DNA from: Candidatus Falkowbacteria bacterium
GTDB taxonomy: Bacteria; Patescibacteriota; Patescibacteriia; CAIXNZ01
Direction: 5' to 3'
Assembly (NCBI GenBank): GCA_963774955.1
Contig: CAVZGV010000003.1
Coordinates: forward strand, 128,771-192,770
DNA length: 64,000 bases
How positions within the stretch are numbered: the stretch's first letter is position 1; each line of letters starts with the position of its first letter. Under the pieces are notes generated by a model. It worked only from the letters and a program-made list of their open reading frames with translations, ran no database searches and was not told the origin of the DNA. This document shows, one piece after another, positions 9,051 to 19,068 of this stretch. The translations under genes were made by a program, and so were the position numbers.

Positions 9051-9078
9051 AATCAGTTTGGGGCAACCCAAACTGATT
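9051..9078 (+). promoter_or_regulatory. perfect 12-bp stem with GCAA tetraloop in the vWA to PK-like intercistronic spacer
   Basis: AATCAGTTTGGG-GCAA-CCCAAACTGATT. Preceded by the small palindrome CTCTAAA-T-TTTAGAG. Confidence 0.45.
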
Positions 9079-9138
9079 CTACTCTGGAATTTATGGTAAT
9101 GAACATTGAAACTCAAAAAAATTAAGGAGGGAACAGAG

Positions 9139-10062
9139 ATGTCTAAGAGTGCCACGGTTAGAATCATGGCGACTTTAGCGCCTTATGTTGACCATCGGGC
9201 CGAAATCATCGGTCATCCTTTGGTTAAGGAATTGCGCCTGAATACGGTCATGCCCATTGCCGAGCCCAAACTGGAACTTCTGACTCGGCTCAAACATGAA
9301 TGCGGAAAAAAGAAGCTGTGGCTGGATCTGAAAACCAGGCAGCTGCGCATCACCAAATTCGCCTATCTGCCGTATGCCTATGTGGAACTCAGCCACAGAA
9401 TCAAGGTTGATCTGCCGGCCACGATCTACTTCAAAGATGGTACTGCCAAAATCGTGGAAATTTTCAACGGCAATAAGTTGATTTTGGCTGAACGGCCCAT
9501 GCGGGTTGTCGGCGAAGGCGAACCCGTCAATATTCTGGATCCGTCATTGCAGATTGAAGGTTTTTTAACTGACAATGATCGGGAATACGTAGCGGCGGCT
9601 AAAAAACTCGGATTGCATGATTACATGCTCTCATTCGTAGAAAGCGGTAATGATTTGCGGGAACTTTGGCAGCTTGATAATGAAGCCAAACCAATACTTA
9701 AGATCGAATCACTGCGCGGCTTGGATTTTTTGTCGAATTACCGTCAGGTTTTTCACACTAATATGCGCCTGATGGTTGCCCGTGATGATCTTTACATCAA
9801 CATGGGTGAGCAGAAAACAGATATGCTGCGCGCACTAGCCGCGATTATTAAAAATGATCCGCGGGCATATTGTGCCTCTCGGCTGCTGACTTCGTTGGAA
9901 GAAAAGGATGAAGTCGCCTTGCAGGATCTGTCTGATTTGCAGCTGATGCTGCTGTCCGGCTACCGGAGGTTTTTGCTGAGCGACATGCTGTGCTTTCACC
10001 ACGCGTCTTTTACCAAAACCATGGCCGTGCTCAGTGAATTTTTTCCGGGCGGGAGGTTCTAA
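9139..10062 (+). CDS. pyruvate-kinase-like TIM-barrel domain protein (PK/HpcH/PEP-utilizing superfamily) lacking PK C-domain
   Basis: KIESLRGLD...MVARDDLYINMGEQK resembles PK (S)KIENQEG...MVARGDLG. Start taken at the ATG after RBS AAGGAGGG; the track ORF starts 33 nt earlier. Confidence 0.5.
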   Translation: MSKSATVRIMATLAPYVDHRAEIIGHPLVKELRLNTVMPIAEPKLELLTRLKHECGKKKLWLDLKTRQLRITKFAYLPYAYVELSHRIKVDLPATIYFKDGTAKIVEIFNGNKLILAERPMRVVGEGEPVNILDPSLQIEGFLTDNDREYVAAAKKLGLHDYMLSFVESGNDLRELWQLDNEAKPILKIESLRGLDFLSNYRQVFHTNMRLMVARDDLYINMGEQKTDMLRALAAIIKNDPRAYCASRLLTSLEEKDEVALQDLSDLQLMLLSGYRRFLLSDMLCFHHASFTKTMAVLSEFFPGGRF

Positions 10063-11507
10063 TGCCCAAGAGTAAAGTTTTCATTGTTACGGATTTGGGC
10101 CTCGGTGACGCCGGTAAAGGTACTATCGTAGATTATCTGGCCCGGCATCATCCGGTTAAATCAGTAATCAGATTCAATGGCGGTCCGCAGGCAGCCCACT
10201 GTGTGGTCACTGCTGACGGCCGTCACCATGTCTTTGCTCAGTTTGGTTCCGGTTCTTTTTCCGGCGGGGTGGAAACTTTCTTGTCTGGCCAGATGCTGGT
10301 GGAACTGGAAAATCTGATGGTTGAAAATGAATACCTGATTGGGGCAGGCATTAAGGACGGCTTTGAACGTTTAACGGTTGATCCGTCTGCCTGTCTGGTT
10401 ACGCCGGCTCATAAAATGCTCGGTCAGCTCAAAGAAATCAAGCGCGGCTCAAAGCGCCTTGGTTCCTGCGGTATGGGCGTCGGCGAGGCTGCCAAGGATC
10501 GGGCTGATAAGTCTGCGATTACTGTCGCTGACTGTCTTGATAAAGCCGGTTTGAAAATAAAACTGGCCAGGCAATTTGAAACAAAGTTCCGTCAGGTACA
10601 GCCCCTGATGAAAGGCAATCGTTCAGCCAAGGCAGGCAAGCTTTATCACTATTTCCAAGAGCGCTTGAACCCTGTTGAGCTGGCTGAGATTTACCACGGG
10701 ATAGTTAGCCGTCTGCGCTTGGCGCCCTCGGCAAAATACCTGAGCCCCGGACAATTAAACGGCGCAAACCTGATTTTCGAAGGTGCCCAGGGTGTCCTGC
10801 TTGATCATGAATATGGCTTTTATCCCTATGTGACCAAAACCCGTTCGACCGGTCAGAATGCTTTGGCTTTATTGCAGTCAGCAGTCGACAGCATTGAGCT
10901 TGAAAAGTATTTTGAGATCAGTCGGGTCGGGGTGATCAGGGCTTATGGCCATCGGCACGGTGCTGGGCCGTTTGTCAGTGAAAGTCCCAGGCTGAGAAAA
11001 TACTTTCAGGATAAATTCAATCTGACCAATTCCTGGCAGGGAAAATTCCGGGTCGGCTGGCTGGATATGATTACTCTCAATTACGGTCTGTTCATCAACG
11101 GGGGAGTTGATTATCTGGCTTTAACCAATCTGGATCAGCTGAGCGGTTTGGCCAGGATCAAGGTCTGCGTGGCCTATAGCTACCAGGGCGATTTAAGTCA
11201 GCTGGATAAGTTCTTTATCTGGAAGAAAACCGGAGAAAATCAGGCCATAATCTATGCCATCAAAAAAGCTGATCCGCTTTTGATTGGCACTGGTCAATTG
11301 GCTGAACTGCTCCTCAGGTGTAAGCTGGGTAAGTGGCTGGAATTTCCAGGCTGGCAGCAGGATATTTCCCGGGTGAAAAAGCTGGCTGATCTGCCGCGCC
11401 AGGCTAGGGGATTTCTGACTTATCTGCAGAATCCGACGGCTTTGTATAAGCCGATCAAAATCATTTCAGTCAATGCGACTGAAGAAGGGAAAATATGGAT
11501 CGACTAA
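10062..11507 (+). CDS. divergent adenylosuccinate synthetase (PurA/PurZ-like) homolog
   Basis: P-loop GDAGKGT (PurA GDEGKGK), FEGAQGVLLD (FEGAQGTLLD), GAGPF, GWLD. GGHNAGH is changed to GGPQAAH, and TTGRRRR to NSWQGKFR. Start overlaps the upstream stop (TAATG). Confidence 0.75.
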   Translation: MPKSKVFIVTDLGLGDAGKGTIVDYLARHHPVKSVIRFNGGPQAAHCVVTADGRHHVFAQFGSGSFSGGVETFLSGQMLVELENLMVENEYLIGAGIKDGFERLTVDPSACLVTPAHKMLGQLKEIKRGSKRLGSCGMGVGEAAKDRADKSAITVADCLDKAGLKIKLARQFETKFRQVQPLMKGNRSAKAGKLYHYFQERLNPVELAEIYHGIVSRLRLAPSAKYLSPGQLNGANLIFEGAQGVLLDHEYGFYPYVTKTRSTGQNALALLQSAVDSIELEKYFEISRVGVIRAYGHRHGAGPFVSESPRLRKYFQDKFNLTNSWQGKFRVGWLDMITLNYGLFINGGVDYLALTNLDQLSGLARIKVCVAYSYQGDLSQLDKFFIWKKTGENQAIIYAIKKADPLLIGTGQLAELLLRCKLGKWLEFPGWQQDISRVKKLADLPRQARGFLTYLQNPTALYKPIKIISVNATEEGKIWID

Positions 11508-11533
11508 GCTCCGCTATGCGGAGCTTTTTATTT
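11506..11533 (+). terminator. rho-independent terminator closing the island operon
   Basis: AAGCTCCGC-TAT-GCGGAGCTT followed by TTTTATTTT. Confidence 0.65.
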
Positions 11534-11561
11534 TGGGGAGAAATTTTTGTCCCCAGGTTAT

Positions 11562-11589
11562 TTGACAGATTTCAGGGGCGTGCTATAAT
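11562..11589 (+). promoter_or_regulatory. near-consensus sigma70 promoter (TTGACA-16-TATAAT) upstream of the ArsR gene
   Basis: Exact -35 and -10 hexamers. Confidence 0.6.
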
Positions 11590-11616
11590 TTAGACAGTTA
11601 TCTAAATATCTAATAA

Positions 11617-11883
11617 TTGGCTATGAATTTACATAATACAATCTCTGCCTTGGCTGACCCGACCAGACGAAAAATTCTGGAGCTTTTAAAAAAAGAGGAT
11701 ATGCCTGCCGGCCAGATTAATAAGCATTTTCAGATTACGGCGCCGTCTTTGACCCATCATTTGAATATTTTGCGCCAGGCTGATTTGGTAACCAGCCAAC
11801 GGCAGGGGCAGGAAATTATTTATTCCCTGAATTTAAGCGTGTTTGAAGAAGTGGCTCAGGCGCTTATTAAATTTTTTCAATAA
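11617..11883 (+). CDS. ArsR/SmtB-family HTH regulator (SdpR-like)
   Basis: ALADPTRRKILELL...GQINKHFQITAPSLTHHLNILRQADLV is a winged HTH. Confidence 0.75.
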   Translation: MAMNLHNTISALADPTRRKILELLKKEDMPAGQINKHFQITAPSLTHHLNILRQADLVTSQRQGQEIIYSLNLSVFEEVAQALIKFFQ

Positions 11884-11924
11884 GAAATTAAAAATTGATA
11901 ATTAAAAATTAATAATTTGTTTAT

Positions 11925-12599
11925 ATGTCTAATCCCATCAAGCCAAGTTTAAAAACAGAAATCATTCCGCTTCTTTTAATTATTATTTCTGTTGTGACTG
12001 CATTTTATTTTTATGCCAATTTCCCGGAACAGGTTCCTCTGCATTGGAATTTTAGCGGCCAGGTGGACGGCTGGGGCAGTAAAATTACCGGTGCCTTTGT
12101 TTTACCGATTGTAATTTTAGCAATGTACCTGATGTTTCTATTGATTCCTTATCTTGATCCGAAAAAAGATCGCTATGAACAATTTGTTAAAGTCTATCAT
12201 ATTTTTAAAAACTACCTCATAGGCTTCATGGTTTTGGTTTATTTGGTTACTGGGCTGGCCGGGCTAGGTTATGATGTGCCGGTCGGCATAATTATTCCGG
12301 TTGGCGTAGGCATTTTATTTATTTTGATTGGCAATTACATGGCCAAGATAAAAATGAATTGGTTCATGGGGATCAGAACACCCTGGACCTTATCATCCGA
12401 AGAAGTTTGGAATAAGACACATCGCATGGGCGGCAAGATATTTATTCTCGGCGGAGCTTTGATAATTTTGACTGGCTTTGCCCCTCTAAATTGGCGATTA
12501 CCCAGCTTTATTCTGACTATGATATTATTGGTATTTGGCACCATTGGGTATTCATATATAGTTTATCGCCAGGAAAAAAATAACAAATCAGTTCAGTAA
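11925..12599 (+). CDS. SdpI/YhfL-family membrane protein (DUF1648-SdpI-like)
   Basis: Multi-TM protein with the motif GIRTPWTLSSEEVWNKTHR. Paired with the upstream ArsR, as in sdpR-sdpI. Confidence 0.5.
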   Translation: MSNPIKPSLKTEIIPLLLIIISVVTAFYFYANFPEQVPLHWNFSGQVDGWGSKITGAFVLPIVILAMYLMFLLIPYLDPKKDRYEQFVKVYHIFKNYLIGFMVLVYLVTGLAGLGYDVPVGIIIPVGVGILFILIGNYMAKIKMNWFMGIRTPWTLSSEEVWNKTHRMGGKIFILGGALIILTGFAPLNWRLPSFILTMILLVFGTIGYSYIVYRQEKNNKSVQ

Positions 12600-12606
12600 T
12601 AAAAAA

Positions 12607-12628
12607 TCCCGCTTCCGAAGAAGCGGGA
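12607..12628. terminator. bidirectional terminator between convergent genes
   Basis: TCCCGCTTC-CGAA-GAAGCGGGA flanked by A-run and T-run. Confidence 0.6.
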
Positions 12629-12651
12629 TGGGCGCTGAATGATCTTTGAGA

Positions 12652-12891
12652 TCACCAGTCGTCATAATGACCCGGCCAGCCGGCGCCAATGCCTGGATTC
12701 GAATGCGTCTCTGGTCTTGTGGCTTCCATGTAGATGGCCAGAATCAAGGGAATCGCCAGGAAGAGTATGCCTCCGCTTAGGTTATACCACAGAGGTATAT
12801 CCCTATTGAAGAAAAAAAGTTTTTCCCCGATTCCTAGCCAGCACGCAAATAACATAAATCCGCTCGTAAGCATTGCCAGAAAAGCTCCCAT
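12652..12891 (-). CDS. small membrane protein, unknown function
   Basis: RBS AAGGAGGG upstream on the minus strand; 2-3 TM helices. Confidence 0.45.
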   Translation of the reverse strand: MGAFLAMLTSGFMLFACWLGIGEKLFFFNRDIPLWYNLSGGILFLAIPLILAIYMEATRPETHSNPGIGAGWPGHYDDW

Positions 12892-13091
12892 GTTTTTGCC
12901 CTCCTTTTTTGCAGTCTAATTGAAAATACAGATAACTGCCATCTTAATTATTACGATATTCTTATCTTAGCAGGGTGTCAAGTTGCCATATAAGATAATG
13001 CATTTATCGGCTTTATAAAACCGGAAAAACCTGATACAATTATAGAAACACATATAATTAACTTAAAACGTCTAAAAAGTAAGTAAAAATT

Positions 13092-14913
13092 ATGTCTTGG
13101 ATTTTAAATACTTTAAAGAAATTAGCTAAAAAGAAAAGTTTTTGGATTATTTTGGTTATTGCCATTATTGCAGTAATTCTTATTTTTAACGCGACTAAAG
13201 GCAAGAAAACTGTTTATACGATGGAAACGGTTAAACTGGGCAATCTAGTTCAGACAGTATCAGAAACAGGTACGGTGGAATCAGCTTCGGCCATTGATCT
13301 GAATTTTAAAGGCAGCGGCAAGTTGGTTGACTTGAATATTAAAGAAGGTGATCAGGTTGAAGCCGGTGATCTACTGGCGCGTTTGGATGCCGGAGCTTTG
13401 GAAATTGCCGTGCGACAGTCACAAGCTAATGTTGATATTGCTCAGGCTAATTTAAATAAATTATTGGCCGGCGCCAGCACGGAAGATCTTAAAGTTACCG
13501 AAGAGACGGTTAATAATGCCAGAATTGCTTATGCCAATGCCAAGAATAATTATGATAATTCTTTGTTGAAAATTGACGCTGAGACTACGACTTATGAGCA
13601 GGCAGTGACAGCAGCGCAAACAAGCTTGGATAATACTAAAAATTCTTATGATAAAACCGTGGCTGATGCCAGACAGAATTTACTCACCACTTTGCGCAAC
13701 AAAGCCAATGTGGCCAACACCAGCTTGGATTTTATTTATTACCAATATAATAATTTGAACAATGTCAGTGACCAACAGGCCAAGTCCAATACCCTCTGGT
13801 CATATAATTTAGCCATGGATAATAAAACTAAATTGGTTAATTATTTGAATAAATCAGACCAGTCCATGAGTGAAGATGAAATCAGTCAGGCGAGTGCGAC
13901 TGCCATTACTCTTTTTGAGCAAATTAATGACAGTTTAAACAATCTTTTTAATGCTATCAGCTCCTCTGTCATTGATGCCCGTTTTTCGCAAACTTTGGTT
14001 GATAATGCCAAGGCTTTAGTTAAGAGCCAGCAGGCTGCAGACAGCGCCAATTTGTTGGCTTTACAATCAGCTGATCAGGCCTATAAGACAGCCAAATTGA
14101 GTTATACCAGCGCGGTTGATAATGCGACTTCTAATCTGACCACAGCCCAAAATAACCTTAATTCCGTCTTGGCCAATAAAGATGTTTCTTTGGTTTCCGC
14201 CAAAGCGACTTTGGATTCTGCTTTAGGCGCCTATAATCTGGCCCAGGCTCAATTGGCCTTCAAAGAGGCTAAACCCCGACAGGTGGATATCTCTTATTAT
14301 CAGGCTCAGGTAAATCAGGCTGTGGCTGCCAGAGATTTAGCTTTGAACAATTTGAAGGATTATGTTATTTATGCGCCTACAGACGGAGTGATTACTTTTG
14401 TAAATTACAAATTAGGCGAGCAAATCGGTATGGCTACGACTGCAAAACCGGCAATTGCCATTATTGGCAATAGTGATTTCCAGATTAAAGTTGATGTGCC
14501 GGAATCAGATATTATTAAAATTAAAGTCGGTAATGAAACCAATATCACGTTGGATGCTTATGGCAGTGACATTATCTTTAAGGGTAAAATAATATCTATT
14601 GATCTGGCTGAGACTGTGATTCAGGATGTGGTTTATTACAAAATTACTGTGGAACTGGAGCCGACTGACAAGGAAATTAAATCCGGCATGACTGCCAATG
14701 TCGATATTATCACGGCTACCGTCGAAAATGTTCTGTATTTATCGAACCGTACGATTAAAACAAGATACTGACGGCCAAAAATATGTGGAAGTTAAAAAAT
14801 TTGGCGGTGGAGAGGAAATAATTAATATTGAAATCGGCATCAGGGCTGATACCGGTACAGAAATTATAAGCGGTTTAAAAGACGGCCAGGAGGTGATTGT
14901 TTCTAAAAAATAA
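13092..14913 (+). CDS. HlyD/MacA-type periplasmic adaptor of an ABC efflux system; C-terminus frameshifted near 14760
   Basis: TM anchor, long coiled coil, beta-barrel (YVIYAPTDGVITFV). The C-terminal lipoyl-like segment DTDGQKYVEV...GLKDGQEVIV continues in the +1 frame (track ORF 14698..14913). Confidence 0.6.
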
Positions 14914-14922
14914 TAATACTGT

Positions 14923-15651
14923 ATGGAGAAAAAAGTACTAATAAAATTAGACAATCTTAAAAAAGATTATGTTAATGATGAAGTGGTTACCCATGTTTTG
15001 AAAGGCATTAATTTGGAAATTAATACAGGGTGAATTTGTGGCTATTATGGGTCCGTCCGGTTCAGGTAAATCAACGCTGATGCATATCATGGGTTTTTTG
15101 GATAAGCTGACTACTGGCAAATATTTATTCAAAGGTAAGGATGTTAGTAATCTGTCTGATGATGAATTGGCTGAAATCAGAAATGAAGAAGTCGGTTTTA
15201 TTTTTCAGGCTTTTAATCTGCTTACAGCGTACCAGTGTTTATGATAATGTGCGTTTGCCTTTGACTTATAGCAATAAAAAAATTTGATAAAGATAAAGTC
15301 ATTACTGCCATTAAATCAGTTGGTTTGTATCATCGTTTGAATAATTTATCCAATCAGCTTTCCGGCGGTGAAAAACAAAGAGTGGCGATTGCCCGCGCTT
15401 TGGTCAATGATCCGTCAATTATTTTTGCAGATGAACCGACCGGTAATTTGGATTCCAAATCCGGCAAACAAATCATGGAGATTTTGCAGGATTTAAATGA
15501 AGAAGGTAAAACTATTATTTTAGTTACTCATGAAAAATATACGGCAGAACATGCCCGCAGGATTATTAAAATCGTTGACGGCGAAATTATCGATGATTAT
15601 CAGGTTAAAGAGCGCTTGATTGCCAGATTAGAAAAAGATTTAACCAAATAA
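14923..15651 (+). pseudogene. MacB/LolD-type ABC ATPase, at least 3 frameshifts
   Basis: Walker [10 protein letters not shown] in one frame, [15 protein letters not shown] and the D-loop in another. Stops between fragments. Confidence 0.7.
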
Positions 15652-15654
15652 TTT

Positions 15655-16880
15655 ATGGAATTGGCTTCTAGCTTAAGAATTGCTTTTACCGGTTTGAAGT
15701 CAAAAAAGACCCGAACATTTTTAACAATGCTCGGGATTATTATTGGCATTTCTTCGGTTATTATGATTATTTCCGTAGGCGCCGGTGCTCAAAGTTTGAT
15801 TTTAAATCAGATTAAAGCTTTGGGTTCAAATCAAATTTCAATTTTTCCTGGTGCTTCAGAAGAATCAGGTCCGCCACCCAGTGTTTTTGGTTCAGCCAAT
15901 ACCAGTTTGAAAATTGATGATATGGAGGCTCTTGATAAACGTCAAAATGTGCCCAATGTCGTGGCTGTTACTTATTATGTCCGTGGTACTGGCTACCATG
16001 ATTTGGCAGGACAATGAATATAACGGTACTTTTGTGGCCACTACAGCCAGTTATCCGGTTGTTCATGATATTAGCGTGGCTGAAGGTCGTTTTATTGATT
16101 CAGATGAGGAAAAAGATCTGGCCAAAGTGGTTGTTTTGGGCGCCAACGTTAAAGCAAGAACTTTTTGGTGATAGCAGATCCTTTGGGTCAGATGATTAAA
16201 ATAAAAAAACATCAGTTTCGGGTTATTGGCGTTATGGCTAAAAAGGGGACTTCTGGTTTTGAAAATCAGGATAATTATGTTTTTATTCCGATTTCAACCG
16301 GCCAAAAAATAATGTTAGGTATTGATTATGTTTCCTTGGCCAGGGTCAAAGTCAATTCGCAGGATAATGTTGATCAGGCAGTTGAGGATATTAAGGCTGT
16401 TTTGCGGGACAGACATAATTTGGATCGCAATGAACTGGATGATTTTACTGTTCGAGCCCAGGCTCAGGCTATTGAAATTTTTTCTTCAATTACTGATTCT
16501 TTAACTTATTTTTTGGCAGCTATTGCCGCGATTTCACTTTTGGTCGGCGGTATCGGTATTATGAATATTATGCTGATTAGTGTGACTGAAAGAACCAGGG
16601 AAATCGGCTTAAGAAAAGCTTTGGGCGCCAAAAGATACAAATATTTTGCAGTCAATTTTTAATTGAATCAATTGCCGTAACTTTGGCCGGCGGAATTATC
16701 GGTATTATTTTTGGATTAGCGGTTTCTTTTTTAGTGGCTTTGATTGCCAGACAGTTGGGTTATGATTGGGATTTGTCATTTCTATTTTCCTCAATATTTT
16801 TTCCTGTACAATTTCCATTTTAGTCGGTTTATTTTTCGGCCTTTACCCGGCCTTCAAAGCCTCGAGAATTAAATCCGATT
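15655..16880 (+). pseudogene. MacB-type FtsX permease copy 1, multiple frameshifts
   Basis: N-terminal TM (TFLTMLGIIIGISSVI), MacB periplasmic domain pieces, and C-terminal FtsX helices spread over 3 or more frames. Confidence 0.6.
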
Positions 16881-16942
16881 GACAGGCTTTGCAATATGAA
16901 TAATATTGGTTAATTAGTTTATTAGTATAATTGGTTATTAGA

Positions 16943-18203
16943 ATGTTTAGAGAATACAAAAATCAATAGAAATAGCCAGGCTGCGATTATACGCCATAAA
17001 TTGCGGGCTGTTTTGACGATTTTGGGCATCACAGTCGGTATTACTGCGGTGATTGTGGTTTTATCTGCTGGTAAAGCAATTGAAGTTATTTATTACTAGC
17101 CAGGTAACTCAGTTTGGCACTGATTGGGTTGAGGTTGAAGTTAAAGTTCCGGCAACCGGCCATGCTTCGCTGGAAAATGCCGGTGGTATGGCTCAGGGCA
17201 TTACCATTACGACCATAAAAGAAAAAGATGCAGAGGAAATTAAAAAGTTTCCAATATTACTGATGTCTATGCCGGTATCAGTCGGCCAGGAAGTTGTGAC
17301 TGTATGAAAATAAAAATAAGATAGCCATGATTTTTGGCGTGACTGAAGGTTTTAGTCGAGTGGATACCGGTGAAATAAATGAAGGACGATTTTTTACTGA
17401 AGCAGAAGATAAGGGCTTGGCCCGGGTGGTAGTTTTAGGCAGTAAGCTCAAAGAAACTTTGTTTGGCGACGAAGACGCTATCGGTAAAACTATTAAAATT
17501 AAAAAATATAATTTTAAAGTAATCGGGGTGATGGCCGAGCGGGGTAGTGCCGGTGTTTTTTCCATGGATGATTTGATTATTATGCCTTTGCGAGTCTTTG
17601 CAAAAATTGATTCAGGGTATTGATTATGTCTCGTTTATTATTGGCAATATGAAGGATAAGTCTTTGGGGAGGAGACGGTTGATGATTTGACTTTATTTAT
17701 TGCGCGATCTACATGATATTACTGATCCTAGTCTGGATGATTTTGCCGTCACGACAGCTGATCAGGCCATGGATATGATTGGATATTATTACCGGGGCGA
17801 TTAAAATTTTACTTTTATGCTCTGGCCTCGAATTTCCTTGGTTGTCGGTGGGGTGGGGATTATGAATGTCATGTACGTTTCAGTGGCTGAACGTACTTTT
17901 GAAATCGGTTTGCGCAAGGCCTTGGGCGCAAAAAATGCTGATATTCAAAGCCAGTTTTTAACTGAAGCCGTGTTTATCACTTTTTTGGGCGGTATCTTTG
18001 GTATTATTTTGGGGGTGTTTATAACCTGGCTAATCAGCTATGTGGCCACTAACTTTTTAAATTTTGACTGGCAGTTTTATTTTTCAATCTCATATTTACT
18101 TTTAGCTTCCGGCATTTCTATTTTTGTGGGATTGGTTTCCGGCCTGTACCCGGCGCGCGCAGCCGCGAATTTGGATCCGATGGTGGCGCTGAGGAAAGAA
18201 TAG
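16943..18203 (+). pseudogene. MacB-type FtsX permease copy 2, multiple frameshifts
   Basis: LRAVLTILGITVGITAVIV N-terminus, periplasmic-domain fragments (track ORFs 17053.. and 17327..) and an intact C-terminal FtsX piece at 17817..18203. Confidence 0.6.
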
Positions 18204-18273
18204 GTTACAAATCTACAAATATTGTAACAAATGATTACAAATTTTATAATCCATTGAAAAAATAATTTGATTT

Positions 18274-18894
18274 ATGAATTTTTTGGCAAAAATTAAAAAT
18301 GTATTTAAATCTCCTGAGCAAAAGTTTTGGGACTGGTTTTGTGATAATTCAGAGAAGTATTATTCTTCAAGTCGTTCGGATGAAAATTTGTTAAAGGAGC
18401 TGTCTGATAAATTAAAACAAATTGATACAAATTTTTGTTTTGAAATGAGCAGTGTAATGAAAAATGGCAAGCGGGAACTTGTGATATCCGCCGATGGGAT
18501 AAAAACATCGTTCCCGAAATTAGTTGATTTTGTCGCGCTTGCTCCGGATCTGGAGAAATGGGAGATTTTTCCGTTTAGGCAAAGAACTAAACTTCCGGAC
18601 GATATGCAGATAGCGATTGGTAATATAAAACTGAATTTCTCAGATATTTATTTTAATTATGAATTGGCCGGTGAAAAATTGAATTTACTCATGTATGCGA
18701 AAGATTACGATGAGAAAAATGACGCCTATAAGCAGGCAATTTATATTATTCTAGATACAACCTTAGGGGAGTATGATCTTGAAATGAAAATAGGCAAGAT
18801 AAGCTTCTTTAAATTAGAGGATAATTTGAAAAATGATTTATTGCCTTTGAGTCGGTTGCCTATGATAGTGGATAATTATTTTAATAAGGGTTGA
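18274..18894 (+). CDS. hypothetical protein, AT-rich
   Basis: Intact 206-aa ORF; no motif recognised. Confidence 0.45.
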   Translation: MNFLAKIKNVFKSPEQKFWDWFCDNSEKYYSSSRSDENLLKELSDKLKQIDTNFCFEMSSVMKNGKRELVISADGIKTSFPKLVDFVALAPDLEKWEIFPFRQRTKLPDDMQIAIGNIKLNFSDIYFNYELAGEKLNLLMYAKDYDEKNDAYKQAIYIILDTTLGEYDLEMKIGKISFFKLEDNLKNDLLPLSRLPMIVDNYFNKG

Positions 18895-19068
18895 TTTTTT
18901 GTAAGCATAAAATTTTTAATTGACATAATCTGGTCAGGCGAAAGCTTGACCTTTTAAAATTTTTGTTTTAAGATGTTTGAGAAAGAGTGGGGAAGGAAAA
19001 TAATCCCGACTCTCAAGACAGCATCGTCTATCTTTGATAATAATTTTCAATTTGCTAAGGAGGAACGG

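Noticed and set aside
18973-19068. Upstream 32 codons of track ORF 18973..19428
   Set aside because: A much stronger RBS (AAGGAGGAACGG) precedes the internal ATG at 19069. The upstream part overlaps the putative promoter and leader.
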